64,000 bases of DNA from Candidatus Peribacteria bacterium (GTDB taxonomy: Bacteria > Patescibacteriota > Gracilibacteria > Peribacterales > Peribacteraceae). Below are positions 20,113 through 30,973 of this stretch, in pieces. The stretch covers positions 1 to 64,000 of the forward strand of contig JBEPVF010000005.1 of the NCBI GenBank assembly GCA_041691135.1, given 5' to 3'. Both the position numbers and the translations under genes were made by a program. The notes beneath the pieces were generated by a model. That model was given only the letters and a program-made list of their open reading frames with translations, did not search any database and had not been told where the DNA came from. Within the stretch, counting starts at the first letter, position 1, and every line of letters starts with the position of its first letter.

Positions 20113-20973
20113 ATGAAATTTCCACACTCGACTTATTTCGGCCCGAATCAATTGGTAGAGGAAAGACGGCAGAATGAATTCGGCCATGCTTATCGCAGTA
20201 TCACCCTCAAACCACTGGAACAAATTCCCTGTAATAGCAATGTAATCGAAAGGGTTCTTTCCGAGGCAAATGATAAGTTAGACCGAGCAACGCAGGAGAA
20301 AAGTCTCGCTGAACGAATAGAGCATTTGCAAGATGCAATGAAATTGCTTATTCAAGTACACTTCATTTTCGAAGGCATACCGGCAGCAACGTACAGAACT
20401 ATCAATGTAATTTTTTCAAAAGCACACCGACGCTTTATGCAATGCTTTCAAGAAGTTGCTCCTCATAACGGATCATCACTAATCTATAATGGAACGAGAA
20501 GCGGCGCTTCCGAAGTCGTTGCCAAAACTGATCTATCACACACTCTCGCCGAGATCGACAGACAAATAGACGCCGAGCCGGATGACGGCCTGGTTTTCAT
20601 CGATGGCGAAGAAGCGGCTCTACCAATGGAAGAACTCGTTGATGGGGAGGGAGATCAAGAATCAACCATTGCACCCATGGAAATCACGGTCGACTACGAC
20701 TCGCGGGCAGACAATAGTAACGGTTGGGATGATGTCACAGAACAAATGCTATTCGACTTGATGGCGTTTGAAGAACAAAATGCGGCCGGGGATGCAAGAG
20801 AGGAATTAGAATATGCGAAAAGGGAACTTCGAATAATTTGTCTTATCCAAGATAGACGTGAAAAAGAAGTGCGTTTAAATTCAGGGCGTGATGAACAAAG
20901 ACTGCTTGCTACACAAGCCGCAAAAAATATGGAAAATCAGACATCTTCTACTACAAATACTTCGCCCGGTTGA
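20113..20973 (+). CDS. Hypothetical acidic protein
   Basis: 286-aa ORF, no family recognised. Confidence 0.6.
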   Translation: MKFPHSTYFGPNQLVEERRQNEFGHAYRSITLKPLEQIPCNSNVIERVLSEANDKLDRATQEKSLAERIEHLQDAMKLLIQVHFIFEGIPAATYRTINVIFSKAHRRFMQCFQEVAPHNGSSLIYNGTRSGASEVVAKTDLSHTLAEIDRQIDAEPDDGLVFIDGEEAALPMEELVDGEGDQESTIAPMEITVDYDSRADNSNGWDDVTEQMLFDLMAFEEQNAAGDAREELEYAKRELRIICLIQDRREKEVRLNSGRDEQRLLATQAAKNMENQTSSTTNTSPG

Positions 20974-21964
20974 TGTTGTGCTCGTCGTTCGTCACGGCGT
21001 AGTGAATCTGTCCGTTCTTATCATGGAGATAATAATAATACGGAGAGCTTTTTGGGTGCAGCGCGGCCTCGATAGTCGCCAGACCCGGATTGCCGATGGG
21101 TCCGGGCGGTAATCCCCTCACTCGTCGCAAATTATAGGGCGAATCGACATCCAGATCGTCACGGGTAATGGAGCCTTTCGATTTGTCGAGGACATAGCGG
21201 ACTGCTGCATCCACATCCAGACCCATCTTCTCCTTTAATCGCTTCCATAAAATGCCCGATACCGTCGCGCGCTCTTCCTGTCCGCTGCCCGCTTCGCCTT
21301 CGATCAGCGACGCCATGGTCACCACTTCGTGTAGCGAATGACCCGATGCTTTGAGCGCATCTTTTTCGCCGTCAACGACATTCTTCTGGAATGTCGTCAG
21401 CAGACGCTTCACGAACGCCTGCATCGAAAAATCCGACGTCGAGACGAAGTATGTATCGGGATACAGATAGCCTTCGAGCTTGCCGCCGCGCCGGGCCAGA
21501 TTATTTGCTGTCGGAAGAAAATCGAATTCCGATACATCACAAGATTGCGAGCACTCGAGCAGAGCTCCGGGCTGGCTCAGTCCTTTTTCGGCCAGTAATG
21601 CGTCGATGTCTTTGACGGTGTAGCCTTCCGGAATAGTCACCGTTATCTCTTCTCCTTTGCCCGATTCAAGCGCGCGGGCAATCTCCTCCGTCGTCATCGA
21701 TGGACGCAAAATGAAATTGCCGGCCTTGAGTGACGCTTCAACTTTGTGCAGTTTTGAATAGATGCGGAACATCAATTCCGACCGGATCAGATCTTTCTTC
21801 TTGAGGATGCTCGCAATGCTTTTCAGCGATACGCCTTGGGGAATCGTCACACTCACCCGTACGTCGTCGTGCGAATTGATCGGCGATAACGAATGATGGT
21901 AATAGGCCAAACCAAGAAGGCCGATGATGACAATCGCCGCAATGAGCGATGTACGTTTTTTCAC
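20951..21964 (-). CDS. mltG: Endolytic transglycosylase MltG (YceG)
   Basis: TIPEG, LEGYLYPDTY, ASLIEGE, SPYN..GLPPGPIGNPG. Confidence 0.95.
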   Translation of the reverse strand: MKKRTSLIAAIVIIGLLGLAYYHHSLSPINSHDDVRVSVTIPQGVSLKSIASILKKKDLIRSELMFRIYSKLHKVEASLKAGNFILRPSMTTEEIARALESGKGEEITVTIPEGYTVKDIDALLAEKGLSQPGALLECSQSCDVSEFDFLPTANNLARRGGKLEGYLYPDTYFVSTSDFSMQAFVKRLLTTFQKNVVDGEKDALKASGHSLHEVVTMASLIEGEAGSGQEERATVSGILWKRLKEKMGLDVDAAVRYVLDKSKGSITRDDLDVDSPYNLRRVRGLPPGPIGNPGLATIEAALHPKSSPYYYYLHDKNGQIHYAVTNDEHNINRAKYL

Positions 21965-21999
21965 AGCCAGTATCGTAGCATGAGTTGCATTACGGTTCC

Positions 22000-22296
22000 C
22001 TACTTTTCTTCCGGCATTGCCAGGCCCATCTGGCTCATGATGCCCTGCATCTTTTCGGCCGAGACGACCTGCGCCTTCTTGAACGCGCGGTTGAGCGCAT
22101 CGGTCAGGAGAGACGGAATCGACTCGCGAGGAACTTCGGGTGCGATGGTAATACTGACAACTTCCTGTTCACCCGAAACGACAACCTTCACCCCTTGGGC
22201 TTCGGCTTCGACATGAATATTCTTCAGTTCTTTCTTAATGCGCTTGGCGTCCCGCTGCATCTTGAACATGTCGCGGGCTTGAGAGAAGGAGACCAT
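22000..22296 (-). CDS. ybaB: YbaB/EbfC nucleoid-associated protein
   Basis: Length and pattern (KMQ..KELK...GVKVVVSG...ALNRAFKKAQ). Confidence 0.88.
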   Translation of the reverse strand: MVSFSQARDMFKMQRDAKRIKKELKNIHVEAEAQGVKVVVSGEQEVVSITIAPEVPRESIPSLLTDALNRAFKKAQVVSAEKMQGIMSQMGLAMPEEK

Positions 22297-22338
22297 AGAG
22301 AGGAGGGAAATCGCGAGGAGTGTAGGACAAATCCTTTC

Positions 22339-22542
22339 CTATGTCAGTCCCAATAGACTCCTGATTCGTTCAAGAACTCGAGATTTTCTGGCGATTACCG
22401 GTGGTGCGTCTGGCTCTAACTCTGAGAGCCGTTCGGATCCTTTTACTGGCCTTCCTCCCCTGATAAGACGCAAGTTGGCCCTTCCATCGCCATGAGACGG
22501 ATCATTGTCCTGTATGGGAACATTATCAGGTGCGAAATCCAT
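22339..22542 (-). CDS. Small hypothetical protein
   Basis: MDFAPDN... ORF filling the intergenic gap. Confidence 0.4.
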   Translation of the reverse strand: MDFAPDNVPIQDNDPSHGDGRANLRLIRGGRPVKGSERLSELEPDAPPVIARKSRVLERIRSLLGLT

Positions 22543-22647
22543 AATTAAAAAAAGGAAGTAGTACGGCGCACAGTGAACTCTCAGATACATCAAAGATCAA
22601 ATAATTCAGTTCGAATATTCCTCAGAATATTCTCCAACCGAAGGCTA

Positions 22648-25257
22648 TTACCGTGTGATACCAATCCTGTCCTCGATCTCCTGATTCACAAATACTTTCT
22701 TGCGGCCGTACTTCATGCGGCTGTATTCCTTGATGAGTCCGGCCAGTTTTTCGTTGCGTTCGGATTCGTCGTAGATCGTACCCATCGAGAACGGTCGCGA
22801 ACTGGTGTTGTTGACGTTGAGCTTCACATAGCAATGGAAGTTGGGAATGCCGATCACATCCTGCTCGCTGAGCACGGGCGCGAATTCTTTGGCCATGTAC
22901 TCGGCATCTTCGGCGCCGATCTTGAAGCTGAGGATCGTACCGACGTTACCGAAGACCGCATCGCGCATCTTGGTACTGGCCTGTCCGTATTCTTCGGTTT
23001 TGCCGACCAGCTGTCCGATGTACTGGTGCGCCATAATCAAACCGAGTTCGTATTTACGTGCTTCGGACAGAATCGTGGCAAACGCATCGGTGACGAAGTT
23101 CTGGAATTCGTCGACGTACAGGTAGAAACGCTTGCGCTCAGCCTGTGGCATGTCGGCGCGGCTGAGGGCGGCCATGTTCACTTTATTCACGAAGATCAAT
23201 CCGAGCAGTTGTGCATTCACGTCGCCGATTTTTCCTTTGGATAAGTTCACCAGCAGAATCTTGCCCGTGTCCATGATCTCGCGGATGTTAAAGGCGCTCT
23301 TTGGTTGTCCGATGATGTTGCGCATGGTGGTGTTCGTCACGAACGGGCCGAACTTGGCCGAGAAGTATGGAATCATTTCCTCTTTTTCGCGCGCGCCGGT
23401 CTTGGCAATTTCATGTTCCCAGAAACTGCGCACCACGACGTTCTTGCATTTGCTCACTTTGTACCGCTGGAATTCGTCGTCCACGAATAGCCGCGGAACG
23501 TCGATGAGCGTCGCACCTTCTTCTTCGTCATCCATCAATGTCAGACAACCGTTGCGGAAGTAGTGTTGAATACGCGGGCCGAAGATCTCGTTTCCGAACA
23601 GTTTGATGAAGATTTCCATCGCATCGAGTGACGCACGGTCTTTCTCTTCATCGGTATGCGCTTCGAGTAGGTTGAGACCCATCGGACGTTCGCTATCGGC
23701 CGGATCGAACAGGATCACGTCCTTGGCACGCTCCTTTGGTATGTGTGCAAGCACGTCCTCGATCAGGTCGCCGTGCGGATCCACCACACATAATCCGGCA
23801 CCGCGCGCCACATCCTGACGCGCCTGGTAACTGATAAGCGCGGATTTACCCGAACCGGATTTACCGATGATGTACTCGTGACGGGTGCGGTCGTTGTCGA
23901 GGAAACGAATCTCGGTATCGATGGCGCGGTAGTTATTGACTCCGAGCAGGATGCCTTCTTTGGGAACGTTTGGTGGTGGTGGCAGCACTTTGTAACTGAT
24001 CCATTGAATGATCGGAATCTTGTTGTAGCGACTGTCCGGGAAGTGGTACAGACCGGCCAGCTCTTTCTCCACCATCAGATCACGCTTGTACAAGTATCCG
24101 TTAAGACGATTCTTCCAGAGCCAGTGCATGAACGGTGCGTTCCACGACAAAGGGAAAAAGTCGACGAGAATGCGGTGGTTATTGAACCAGTTGCCGTAGA
24201 TGTCTTTGAACACGTTGAACGCCACCTGCATGTTGTTGGTGATGTCGAGCGCCCGCGCCCATGTCCGTCCCGATGCAAGCAAACGCACCGAGCAATGGAA
24301 GCCGCTCATGCCCGCTTTTTCGCCCATACGTTTGTACAGTTCTTCTTCGGGTTGAATCATGCGGACGAAGGAATCACCATGATCGGCGCCCGGTGCGAAA
24401 CTCGATCCTTCGGTTCCAGTCGTAATGCCGCCGATCACACCCATCAAGGTGGAAAGAATCGGAATGTGCGCCGCCCAACTGTCATTCTTGCCTTTGAATT
24501 TGAGTGACGCGTAGCGCTTAACCGCCCTGCTCCATTTATCGCTGAATACCGGCGTGATCACCAGCTGGATCGCCGCCGTTTCGTCCACGTCCATTTTACT
24601 GAGCACGTTGGCGATATCATTCAACGGATCATCCTGCATCTGATCGTACATGCGGATCGGAAAAATAAATTTCTTGCGCGTGACCATGTTGTAGCCGACC
24701 AGCTTGTAACCTTTCTGCCAGATTTCCGGCGTGTGCTGATGGCGCACTTCGGCATCCGGATAAAAAGCAGTGATCTGTTTCTCGACGATCGATACGAGGT
24801 TCGGCTGGGTGATGACATAGAACGTGAGTTCGCCTCCTTCGACGTACATTTCAAAACTGATCGTGGCGTACCGGAAAATCCAGAAGTGCATCAATCGCCA
24901 GAAGGTGAGATCTTTGACCTCCCACAGCGCACGGTACAACTGTTCCATGATGGCGACTTTCTCTTTGAAATCCTTCTCGGTCCGTTTCTCCTGATCAATC
25001 TTACTGTCGGTGCGAGGCAGCAGCACTTTCATGTGCACCAGCTTGTGCGACATGGTGAGTGCGTAGACGAAACGTGTGTGGAAGACGAAAAAGCGCCACA
25101 GGAAATAGGCGCCGACTACACTGGCAAGGAATTCGGGCGGATGCGCCAGAAAAAGCAGCCACAGATAGTTCCACACATTCAGATGAAATACCCAGGTCGC
25201 CGCAATAATGCAGATCCATACGAAGGGCCAGGCGAAGAGTTGCAGAAAGGGTACCAC
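22648..25257 (-). CDS. VirD4/TraG/TraD-like (FtsK-HerA superfamily) membrane ATPase, paralog 1
   Basis: N-terminal TMs; GKSGSGKS Walker A, VDPHGDL, YVDEFQNF Walker B, LSEARKY, AHQY. Confidence 0.9.
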   Translation of the reverse strand: MVPFLQLFAWPFVWICIIAATWVFHLNVWNYLWLLFLAHPPEFLASVVGAYFLWRFFVFHTRFVYALTMSHKLVHMKVLLPRTDSKIDQEKRTEKDFKEKVAIMEQLYRALWEVKDLTFWRLMHFWIFRYATISFEMYVEGGELTFYVITQPNLVSIVEKQITAFYPDAEVRHQHTPEIWQKGYKLVGYNMVTRKKFIFPIRMYDQMQDDPLNDIANVLSKMDVDETAAIQLVITPVFSDKWSRAVKRYASLKFKGKNDSWAAHIPILSTLMGVIGGITTGTEGSSFAPGADHGDSFVRMIQPEEELYKRMGEKAGMSGFHCSVRLLASGRTWARALDITNNMQVAFNVFKDIYGNWFNNHRILVDFFPLSWNAPFMHWLWKNRLNGYLYKRDLMVEKELAGLYHFPDSRYNKIPIIQWISYKVLPPPPNVPKEGILLGVNNYRAIDTEIRFLDNDRTRHEYIIGKSGSGKSALISYQARQDVARGAGLCVVDPHGDLIEDVLAHIPKERAKDVILFDPADSERPMGLNLLEAHTDEEKDRASLDAMEIFIKLFGNEIFGPRIQHYFRNGCLTLMDDEEEGATLIDVPRLFVDDEFQRYKVSKCKNVVVRSFWEHEIAKTGAREKEEMIPYFSAKFGPFVTNTTMRNIIGQPKSAFNIREIMDTGKILLVNLSKGKIGDVNAQLLGLIFVNKVNMAALSRADMPQAERKRFYLYVDEFQNFVTDAFATILSEARKYELGLIMAHQYIGQLVGKTEEYGQASTKMRDAVFGNVGTILSFKIGAEDAEYMAKEFAPVLSEQDVIGIPNFHCYVKLNVNNTSSRPFSMGTIYDESERNEKLAGLIKEYSRMKYGRKKVFVNQEIEDRIGITR

Positions 25258-25450
25258 GGGAAAGGCCGCGTGAGCGTTCGGAATTAAGTGAGAGAATACA
25301 GCATAATCCTTTTATTATAGCAGAAAATCGGCTTTTGAGGTAGGGCAGGCTGAGCGAAGAATTCTCCATCCTACGCGCTGCATTCTAAACGAATTTGGCA
25401 TGGGCAACTTCATTCCGACTTGAGAAGTAACCGCGAAAGTCTGGGCATCC

Positions 25451-26515
25451 TCATTGGCATTGCGCCACGTGCATCTTCATCTCACGCCGTCCCCCTGTTT
25501 TGGCGCTGAAAATAAACGTGTAATCCCCTTCTGTCGACGGCGTAAAGGAATATTCTTCGCCCTTTACGATCCAATTTTCAACGGAAGAGCGCATGCCGTC
25601 GGGATACTGTACGGAACGCACGACGAACGAATCGGAGGCTTGTAACGTAAGCGTCGATCCCAGGCGCAGAACATTCGGCACACCAGGAGTCAGGATGACA
25701 CCGCGTCTGATTACCTGGTGATACTGTACTTGCTGACCGCATCCGTTCACCAAGTTCACATCGCCCAGCCGCTGGAAGGTCGCCATGATCTTTCCCTTGG
25801 AGCGATCGGCAATACTCGTAAACGCCGCCAAACTCAGATCCATATCGCGGCCCGGCACGAACGGCCCACGGTCGTTGATGCGCACGGTCACGCTTTTCCC
25901 ATTGTCGACATTCGTCACCTTCACGAGCGTATTGTAGGGAAATGTCCGATGGGCAGCCGTCAGCGTGTTCATGTCAAATTTTTCGCCGAACGCGGTGCCC
26001 GCCCCCTGGAATTTTTCGGAATACAAACTCACTTCATGCTGTTCATTCAGCAGAAGTTCATCGAACTTCATCATTAATGTTGTCAGCTCGTCGGTAGTGA
26101 GAGACTTGTCGACGATCGTCTTTTTCCCGTCACCATCGGTCAGAACAAAATCGCCAAGCGGATAGCGATCGAGAAGCACCGGAAGATTGTCGACAGTCAG
26201 CTGATCGATGTCATCCACATTGCGCGTGCGCATCAGCCACAGGAGCGCCGTCTCGACGTTGAGCGATTGATCCGGATGAAAAGCCTCCGCCTCGTCGATG
26301 AGGCCGCGTTTCTCGGCATAGGTGATTTCAGTAAAGCCAGGATCCCCAACGGGCACATCGGCGAATACCGCCTTTTTGCTCGTCTCGGCCGGCCGATGAA
26401 TGGCATTCCACAGCAGCAAAAATCCATCTCGCCGCGTGATCGCCGTATCAGTGGCAAAGGCAGAGAGCGGAAGAAAAAGAAGAACGAGAAAGATCGCAGA
26501 AAACTTTTTTAACAT
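25451..26515 (-). CDS. Secreted protein with SLH-like region and RlpA double-psi beta-barrel (lytic transglycosylase) domain
   Basis: FADVP..; TAFGEKFDMNTLTAAHRTFP...VRINDRGPF...DLS. Confidence 0.9.
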   Translation of the reverse strand: MLKKFSAIFLVLLFLPLSAFATDTAITRRDGFLLLWNAIHRPAETSKKAVFADVPVGDPGFTEITYAEKRGLIDEAEAFHPDQSLNVETALLWLMRTRNVDDIDQLTVDNLPVLLDRYPLGDFVLTDGDGKKTIVDKSLTTDELTTLMMKFDELLLNEQHEVSLYSEKFQGAGTAFGEKFDMNTLTAAHRTFPYNTLVKVTNVDNGKSVTVRINDRGPFVPGRDMDLSLAAFTSIADRSKGKIMATFQRLGDVNLVNGCGQQVQYHQVIRRGVILTPGVPNVLRLGSTLTLQASDSFVVRSVQYPDGMRSSVENWIVKGEEYSFTPSTEGDYTFIFSAKTGGRREMKMHVAQCQ

Positions 26516-26601
26516 AGATGTCCATGGTGTCTTTTGAAGGGACGAAGGTCAATTGACAAGAGGACGGCTGATAGAGGAGGAGTCATGCAGATCGCTCTAT
26601 G

Positions 26602-27040
26602 AGCATTTGCAAAATTTTCAGTATGGCGCTGCCGCTTTCTGCGCGGTCGGTGGAAGCTGGTCGATTCATCGCTGAAGGGTGCTCCCTCACCCCGGCCCTC
26701 TCCCTCCTTCCCACGCCGCAAAGGGAGTTATGACAGTTCGCGCATTACTCAGCACCAGAAACCTGCCGGGAGAGGGAGCTGTGTGTTGTGTGTGTTGTGT
26801 CTAACGAAGCTCTCTCAAATAGTTCTAGGCGGCTACAGCCGCCGAGCCTCTTCGCCTGCTCGCTATTCCAGGTAATGACCCCCTCCGCCTATGTGGTGGA
26901 GATAGGTGGTTACGAACTGTGACACAGTGAGGTGGGTCATAGGCGGTGCGCTTCTTTTTGGTTCTTTTTCTTGTCGCGGGGAAACAAGAAAAAGAACACC
27001 AGTGGTGACTGGGAAGGTTGGTGTAAGCAAACACCTCAGA
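26602..27040. repeat. Long structured non-coding repeat, copy B
   Basis: Colinear with 5534-5998, same orientation. Confidence 0.9.
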
Positions 27041-27041
27041 G

Positions 27042-27063
27042 CCGCGCCAAAGCATGACGCTCT
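27042..27063. repeat. REP-like hairpin type 3 (the RAYT-flanking type)
   Basis: ccgcgccaaagcatgacgctct, one mismatch to 62262-62283. Confidence 0.85.
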
Positions 27064-27094
27064 GAAAGTAAATGTTTACTGTTCTCTTATTCTT

Positions 27095-28450
27095 TTACAA
27101 CGCATCCCATCCCTTCGCCCTTACCAAATTGTAAAGCTGAGAACGCAGATCCTGATGGAGGAATGACAAGGTCGCCGGGCCGACATTACCTGCGCCTTTG
27201 TCCGTATCGTTCTTCACGATCCCGACTGCTTTCTGAAAAGCCAACACCGCCTGTCTGGTCACATCGCCGAACAGTCCGCTGACTCTGCTCTTCGGAAAAT
27301 ACCCGCGATCGGCGAGCATCGTCTGCAGACGCTTTACTTGTTCACTATGATCACCTTCGACCAGGAACGTCTGGATACTCATATTTTTCTGCGCAATCAG
27401 TTGATCAATGTGGTGGAGCATAAGAATTTGTGCTGCCCGCGCTGCGACGATTTTACTGTTCCAGAGGATGAAGATTTTTTTCTGCGTCAGCGGTCCGATA
27501 CGGCCTGCCCCGACCGAAGCCTCACTGCCGATCAGCTGATGGTCTTTTTGGAAGGCAACGATGGCCTGAAAAAGTTTATCATCATATAAACCGTCGGTGC
27601 GGCCGTGGTAATAGCTAAGGAAGCGCAACGTGCGTTGCGCCGCCATGATGTCATCGGCAGAACTTCCGCGTTCGACAAACACATCCAGCGGCGGTTTCGC
27701 TTTCAATCGTTCCTGTGCCGCCTGCAACATGGCCGCTGTGTTCTCGGTCAATTGATCACCTGATTCGTCGATTCCGAAATCTTTCTGAAAAGCAACGAGC
27801 GACTTCTTCGTATCATCACCGAACAAGCCGGTGATCGAGCGCGGAAAGTAGCCGACATCTTGCAGATTCTGCTGCAACAGACGCACCGCCGGTGAGCGGT
27901 CACCCACTTTCGCGTCCATCGACAGTAAATTCACCTGATCAGTCATGTAACTCTGGAGCAACGAAACCGGTGACGGAAGTGCGCCGAGATCGACCAGCTC
28001 TTTGGGCTGATCACTGCCGAGCGGATACACGGTGCCGCGTATGCGTTGCACACCAAATGCCAACGCACGCGCAAGTCCTTCTTCGCCGGCTCCGGCCCAG
28101 ACGTCCAAACGATGGACGCCGGCATCGGTAACTTTAATTGCACCACCGCGATCGGTTACTTTGAGCGTACCGATCCCGGGAAGTAAGATCACCGTACCGA
28201 ACGGATACTCCGCCGGCGCGGCGAGCATGCCGGGATACACGGGCGTGCCACTGGCTCCGTTCGTGCCGTTGCCATTGAGCTCTACATCGGCCTCGTAACT
28301 TCCCTTCACATAGCAGCACTGATTGGGCAGCGGCGAGTAGTAAGCGGTGATGACGAAATCCTGCGCGTATGGTTCAGCTGACTTTGCAACGGCAAGGTTC
28401 GGAATCAAGAAGCCCAGCAGGAGCATCACGGAAATCCGTCGAGTGACCAT
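27095..28450 (-). CDS. 3D-domain (MltA-like) protein with three peptidoglycan-binding domains
   Basis: ITAYYS...AAP..YPFGT...DRGGAIK...LDVW; three LQ..L...GY...G.FG..T..A..AFQ-type repeats. Confidence 0.9.
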   Translation of the reverse strand: MVTRRISVMLLLGFLIPNLAVAKSAEPYAQDFVITAYYSPLPNQCCYVKGSYEADVELNGNGTNGASGTPVYPGMLAAPAEYPFGTVILLPGIGTLKVTDRGGAIKVTDAGVHRLDVWAGAGEEGLARALAFGVQRIRGTVYPLGSDQPKELVDLGALPSPVSLLQSYMTDQVNLLSMDAKVGDRSPAVRLLQQNLQDVGYFPRSITGLFGDDTKKSLVAFQKDFGIDESGDQLTENTAAMLQAAQERLKAKPPLDVFVERGSSADDIMAAQRTLRFLSYYHGRTDGLYDDKLFQAIVAFQKDHQLIGSEASVGAGRIGPLTQKKIFILWNSKIVAARAAQILMLHHIDQLIAQKNMSIQTFLVEGDHSEQVKRLQTMLADRGYFPKSRVSGLFGDVTRQAVLAFQKAVGIVKNDTDKGAGNVGPATLSFLHQDLRSQLYNLVRAKGWDAL

Positions 28451-28580
28451 GGATGTGGATGTGAAATGTGTAACTGGTTATTGTATCACAAAATTGCCGG
28501 TTTTAACAGGCCATAGAAATGCGAAATTCCTGTACGACAGGACGAAAACACGAGTTCGCAGGCTGATAAATTTTCGATTA

Positions 28581-29300
28581 TCAGTCCATGACCTGCATCG
28601 TCTCGACGATTGATTCGAAATACACCGTGCGGCCGCCGCACATCGAGAACTCATAATTGAACTTCTTTCCAATCACGACAACCGTCGGATATGCACAAAG
28701 ACCGTTCACCGTGTATTCGACAACTGTCTGCGAACCGATTTTCTTCCGGCGCGGATCGGTGAGTTCACTCGAACCGATCGTGGCCAGATCATGCTCGCGC
28801 TTCTTACGCAGATCGGCCAAGAGTTTATCGGCTGTTTGTGCCGGCACGAAACGAATTCTCTGTTCCCGGCAGACAGCTCCACCTTCGCAACCCGACAGCG
28901 GACCAAACACTACTGCTTGCGTCGATTCATCATATGGATTGATCCGATACTGCGCAGTCCCCCAGGCCGGATTGTACGGTAACGACACGCGCAGACCTTT
29001 GTCGGTATTTTCGTAGAGAGTGGTGGACACCGGCGGCTCACCGTTGATGGAGGCGCCGCTTTTCACATCATCCGGAAGTAAATAGATTGCATGGGACTGT
29101 TCAATGCTCTGTGGACGCAACAATGTGCGTGTTTCCTCCGCGGCTACTGACGATGGTGCCGACGCCGACAGTGCTGCATCGGAAGAAGCGACTGATGAAT
29201 CCGTTTGCACGTCCCACACGGATGTCGTACTGCACGCGCTCAGGAAAAAGAGACCGACCAGAAGTACAACAGAAGAGAACGGACGTGAAGCGATGCGCAT
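28581..29300 (-). CDS. Putative lipoprotein
   Basis: LSAC lipobox after a hydrophobic stretch; TATCAT 7 nt upstream of ATG 29300. Confidence 0.7.
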   Translation of the reverse strand: MRIASRPFSSVVLLVGLFFLSACSTTSVWDVQTDSSVASSDAALSASAPSSVAAEETRTLLRPQSIEQSHAIYLLPDDVKSGASINGEPPVSTTLYENTDKGLRVSLPYNPAWGTAQYRINPYDESTQAVVFGPLSGCEGGAVCREQRIRFVPAQTADKLLADLRKKREHDLATIGSSELTDPRRKKIGSQTVVEYTVNGLCAYPTVVVIGKKFNYEFSMCGGRTVYFESIVETMQVMD

Positions 29301-29337
29301 ACATGGCATGATACGCAGCGGGCCACACTCTGCAAGA

Positions 29338-30333
29338 TCACTCCATGATATATGTATCCTCGACACGCATTCCGAATTTCCCGGGAAAATACACGCCCGG
29401 TTCAATGGTAATCACTTCGCGTTTCAGAATTTTCTGATCCGGCGCGCGGCTGGAAAGACTCACTCCTTCGTGGATTTCGAGACCAACTCCATGCCCCAGC
29501 GAATGGCAGAATTTTTCTTCCAAATGCTCACGGCGGAGCACGGCGCGCGCGGCTTCATCAAGCGCTCTGGTCGATGCTCCCGGTTTGGCGAGCCGCTCGG
29601 CGGCGCGCGCGGCTTCGTTGAGTGCCTCATAAACGCGACGCTCTTCGCGGGTGGGGGCAGCCGTAAAGAACACTTGGCTGGCATCGCTGCAGTATCCGTC
29701 GAATTTTGCACCGACATCAATCTGTACCAAATGCCCCTTCTTGAGCACACGTGTGGTGGGCATATGGTGGACATGCGCCGTATTCGAACCGAACGCGACG
29801 ATCGTCGGAAATGCCATCCCCTCCGCCCCGAGTTCCAACGCCCACATCTGCAATTGTCGTGCCAACTTTTGTTCGGTAATAGAGGTGCGCAAACTGCCCG
29901 GCACCCGACGCAACAATTCACGCGTGATTTTTTTGGCGCGCCTGATCAGTCGCAACTCATCATCATCTTTCGATCGGCGATATTCTTGAATCACTCCGGC
30001 GGTGCGGACGAATGTGACGGACTTGAATTTCTTTTTCCACCCCGCGAACCGGGTCACACTCACCTCATCTGCTTCGTAGCCACATGCATCGAGCGTGCGC
30101 ATCATTTTTTCGAACGCATCCATCGGCTTCACTTCGATTCCGCGTTCGATAAGTTTCGCCGGATACGTGAGGAAGGGCAAATGCGTGAAATAGACATAGC
30201 GCTTGGGCAGCACCAAGAGCAAACCGCCGTCAGCCTCCTTCCCCAACAGATACTTGATATGGATCGGATCCGTTACGAGCAAAGCCGGTAGTTTCGCCGC
30301 CGTCAGCAGGGCACGTGATGAAGTGGGACGCAT
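29338..30333 (-). CDS. Xaa-Pro aminopeptidase (M24 family)
   Basis: IDVG...YCSD, HSLGHGVGLEIHE, TIEPGVY, GMRVED. Confidence 0.95.
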   Translation of the reverse strand: MRPTSSRALLTAAKLPALLVTDPIHIKYLLGKEADGGLLLVLPKRYVYFTHLPFLTYPAKLIERGIEVKPMDAFEKMMRTLDACGYEADEVSVTRFAGWKKKFKSVTFVRTAGVIQEYRRSKDDDELRLIRRAKKITRELLRRVPGSLRTSITEQKLARQLQMWALELGAEGMAFPTIVAFGSNTAHVHHMPTTRVLKKGHLVQIDVGAKFDGYCSDASQVFFTAAPTREERRVYEALNEAARAAERLAKPGASTRALDEAARAVLRREHLEEKFCHSLGHGVGLEIHEGVSLSSRAPDQKILKREVITIEPGVYFPGKFGMRVEDTYIME

Positions 30334-30575
30334 AACCAAATCTAAAGTAACTCCAGACCACTGTTTTGGGAAGCAAAATAGGCAGTGTGAATGGCTCACT
30401 AAAGAGCCAAACGCTATTTTTGCTCTCTTTACGACTCATTGATAATCCCTTCCTCAGCCACTTCGCCCATCTCTGTCACCTCGGTCACTTTTATGCCTAT
30501 ATTTCGTCTTTACAGCAAATTGGTAAAATAGGTAGTTTTATGCTATAATCAGATGATTTATTCCCCTCCTGCGCC

Positions 30576-30971
30576 ATGCGCACAACCTGTTCTCGTTGGC
30601 TCACCCGATCCAGCGCCGCCGCCTGCTCCTTCTTTGCTCCGTTGCTGGCGTACGCGCAAGTATTCGGGAACAACGGCAATAACCTGGATAGCGGCCTGAA
30701 CCTAGCTCAGAATATTCACGGACCCGTCCACCGGCCGCTGCGCGATCTGGTAATTATCATCATCGTCAACTTACTGAGTTTTCTGGCGCTCGTCGCCGTC
30801 ATCATGATTGTCGTCGCCGGCATTTTCCTGATCATCAGCGCCGGATCGGAAGAGCATAAGAACCGTGCCAAGAACATCATCCTGTACACGATCATCGGCC
30901 TTATCGTCATACTCTTAGCCAGAGTGATCGTTGCATTTTTCCTCGTCACCCTGGTGGCAGGCGGTCAATAA
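30576..30971 (+). CDS. TrbC/VirB2-like pilin (CPR type)
   Basis: Signal peptide, then two TMs linked by AG....SAG.EE....AK..I....IG. Confidence 0.8.
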   Translation: MRTTCSRWLTRSSAAACSFFAPLLAYAQVFGNNGNNLDSGLNLAQNIHGPVHRPLRDLVIIIIVNLLSFLALVAVIMIVVAGIFLIISAGSEEHKNRAKNIILYTIIGLIVILLARVIVAFFLVTLVAGGQ

Positions 30972-30973
30972 TT

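Noticed and set aside
22648-25257. VirD4-like genes as part of an ICE or a HerA-type defence island
   Set aside because: Flanked by housekeeping and envelope genes, with no integrase, relaxase, nuclease or SIR2 partner adjacent.
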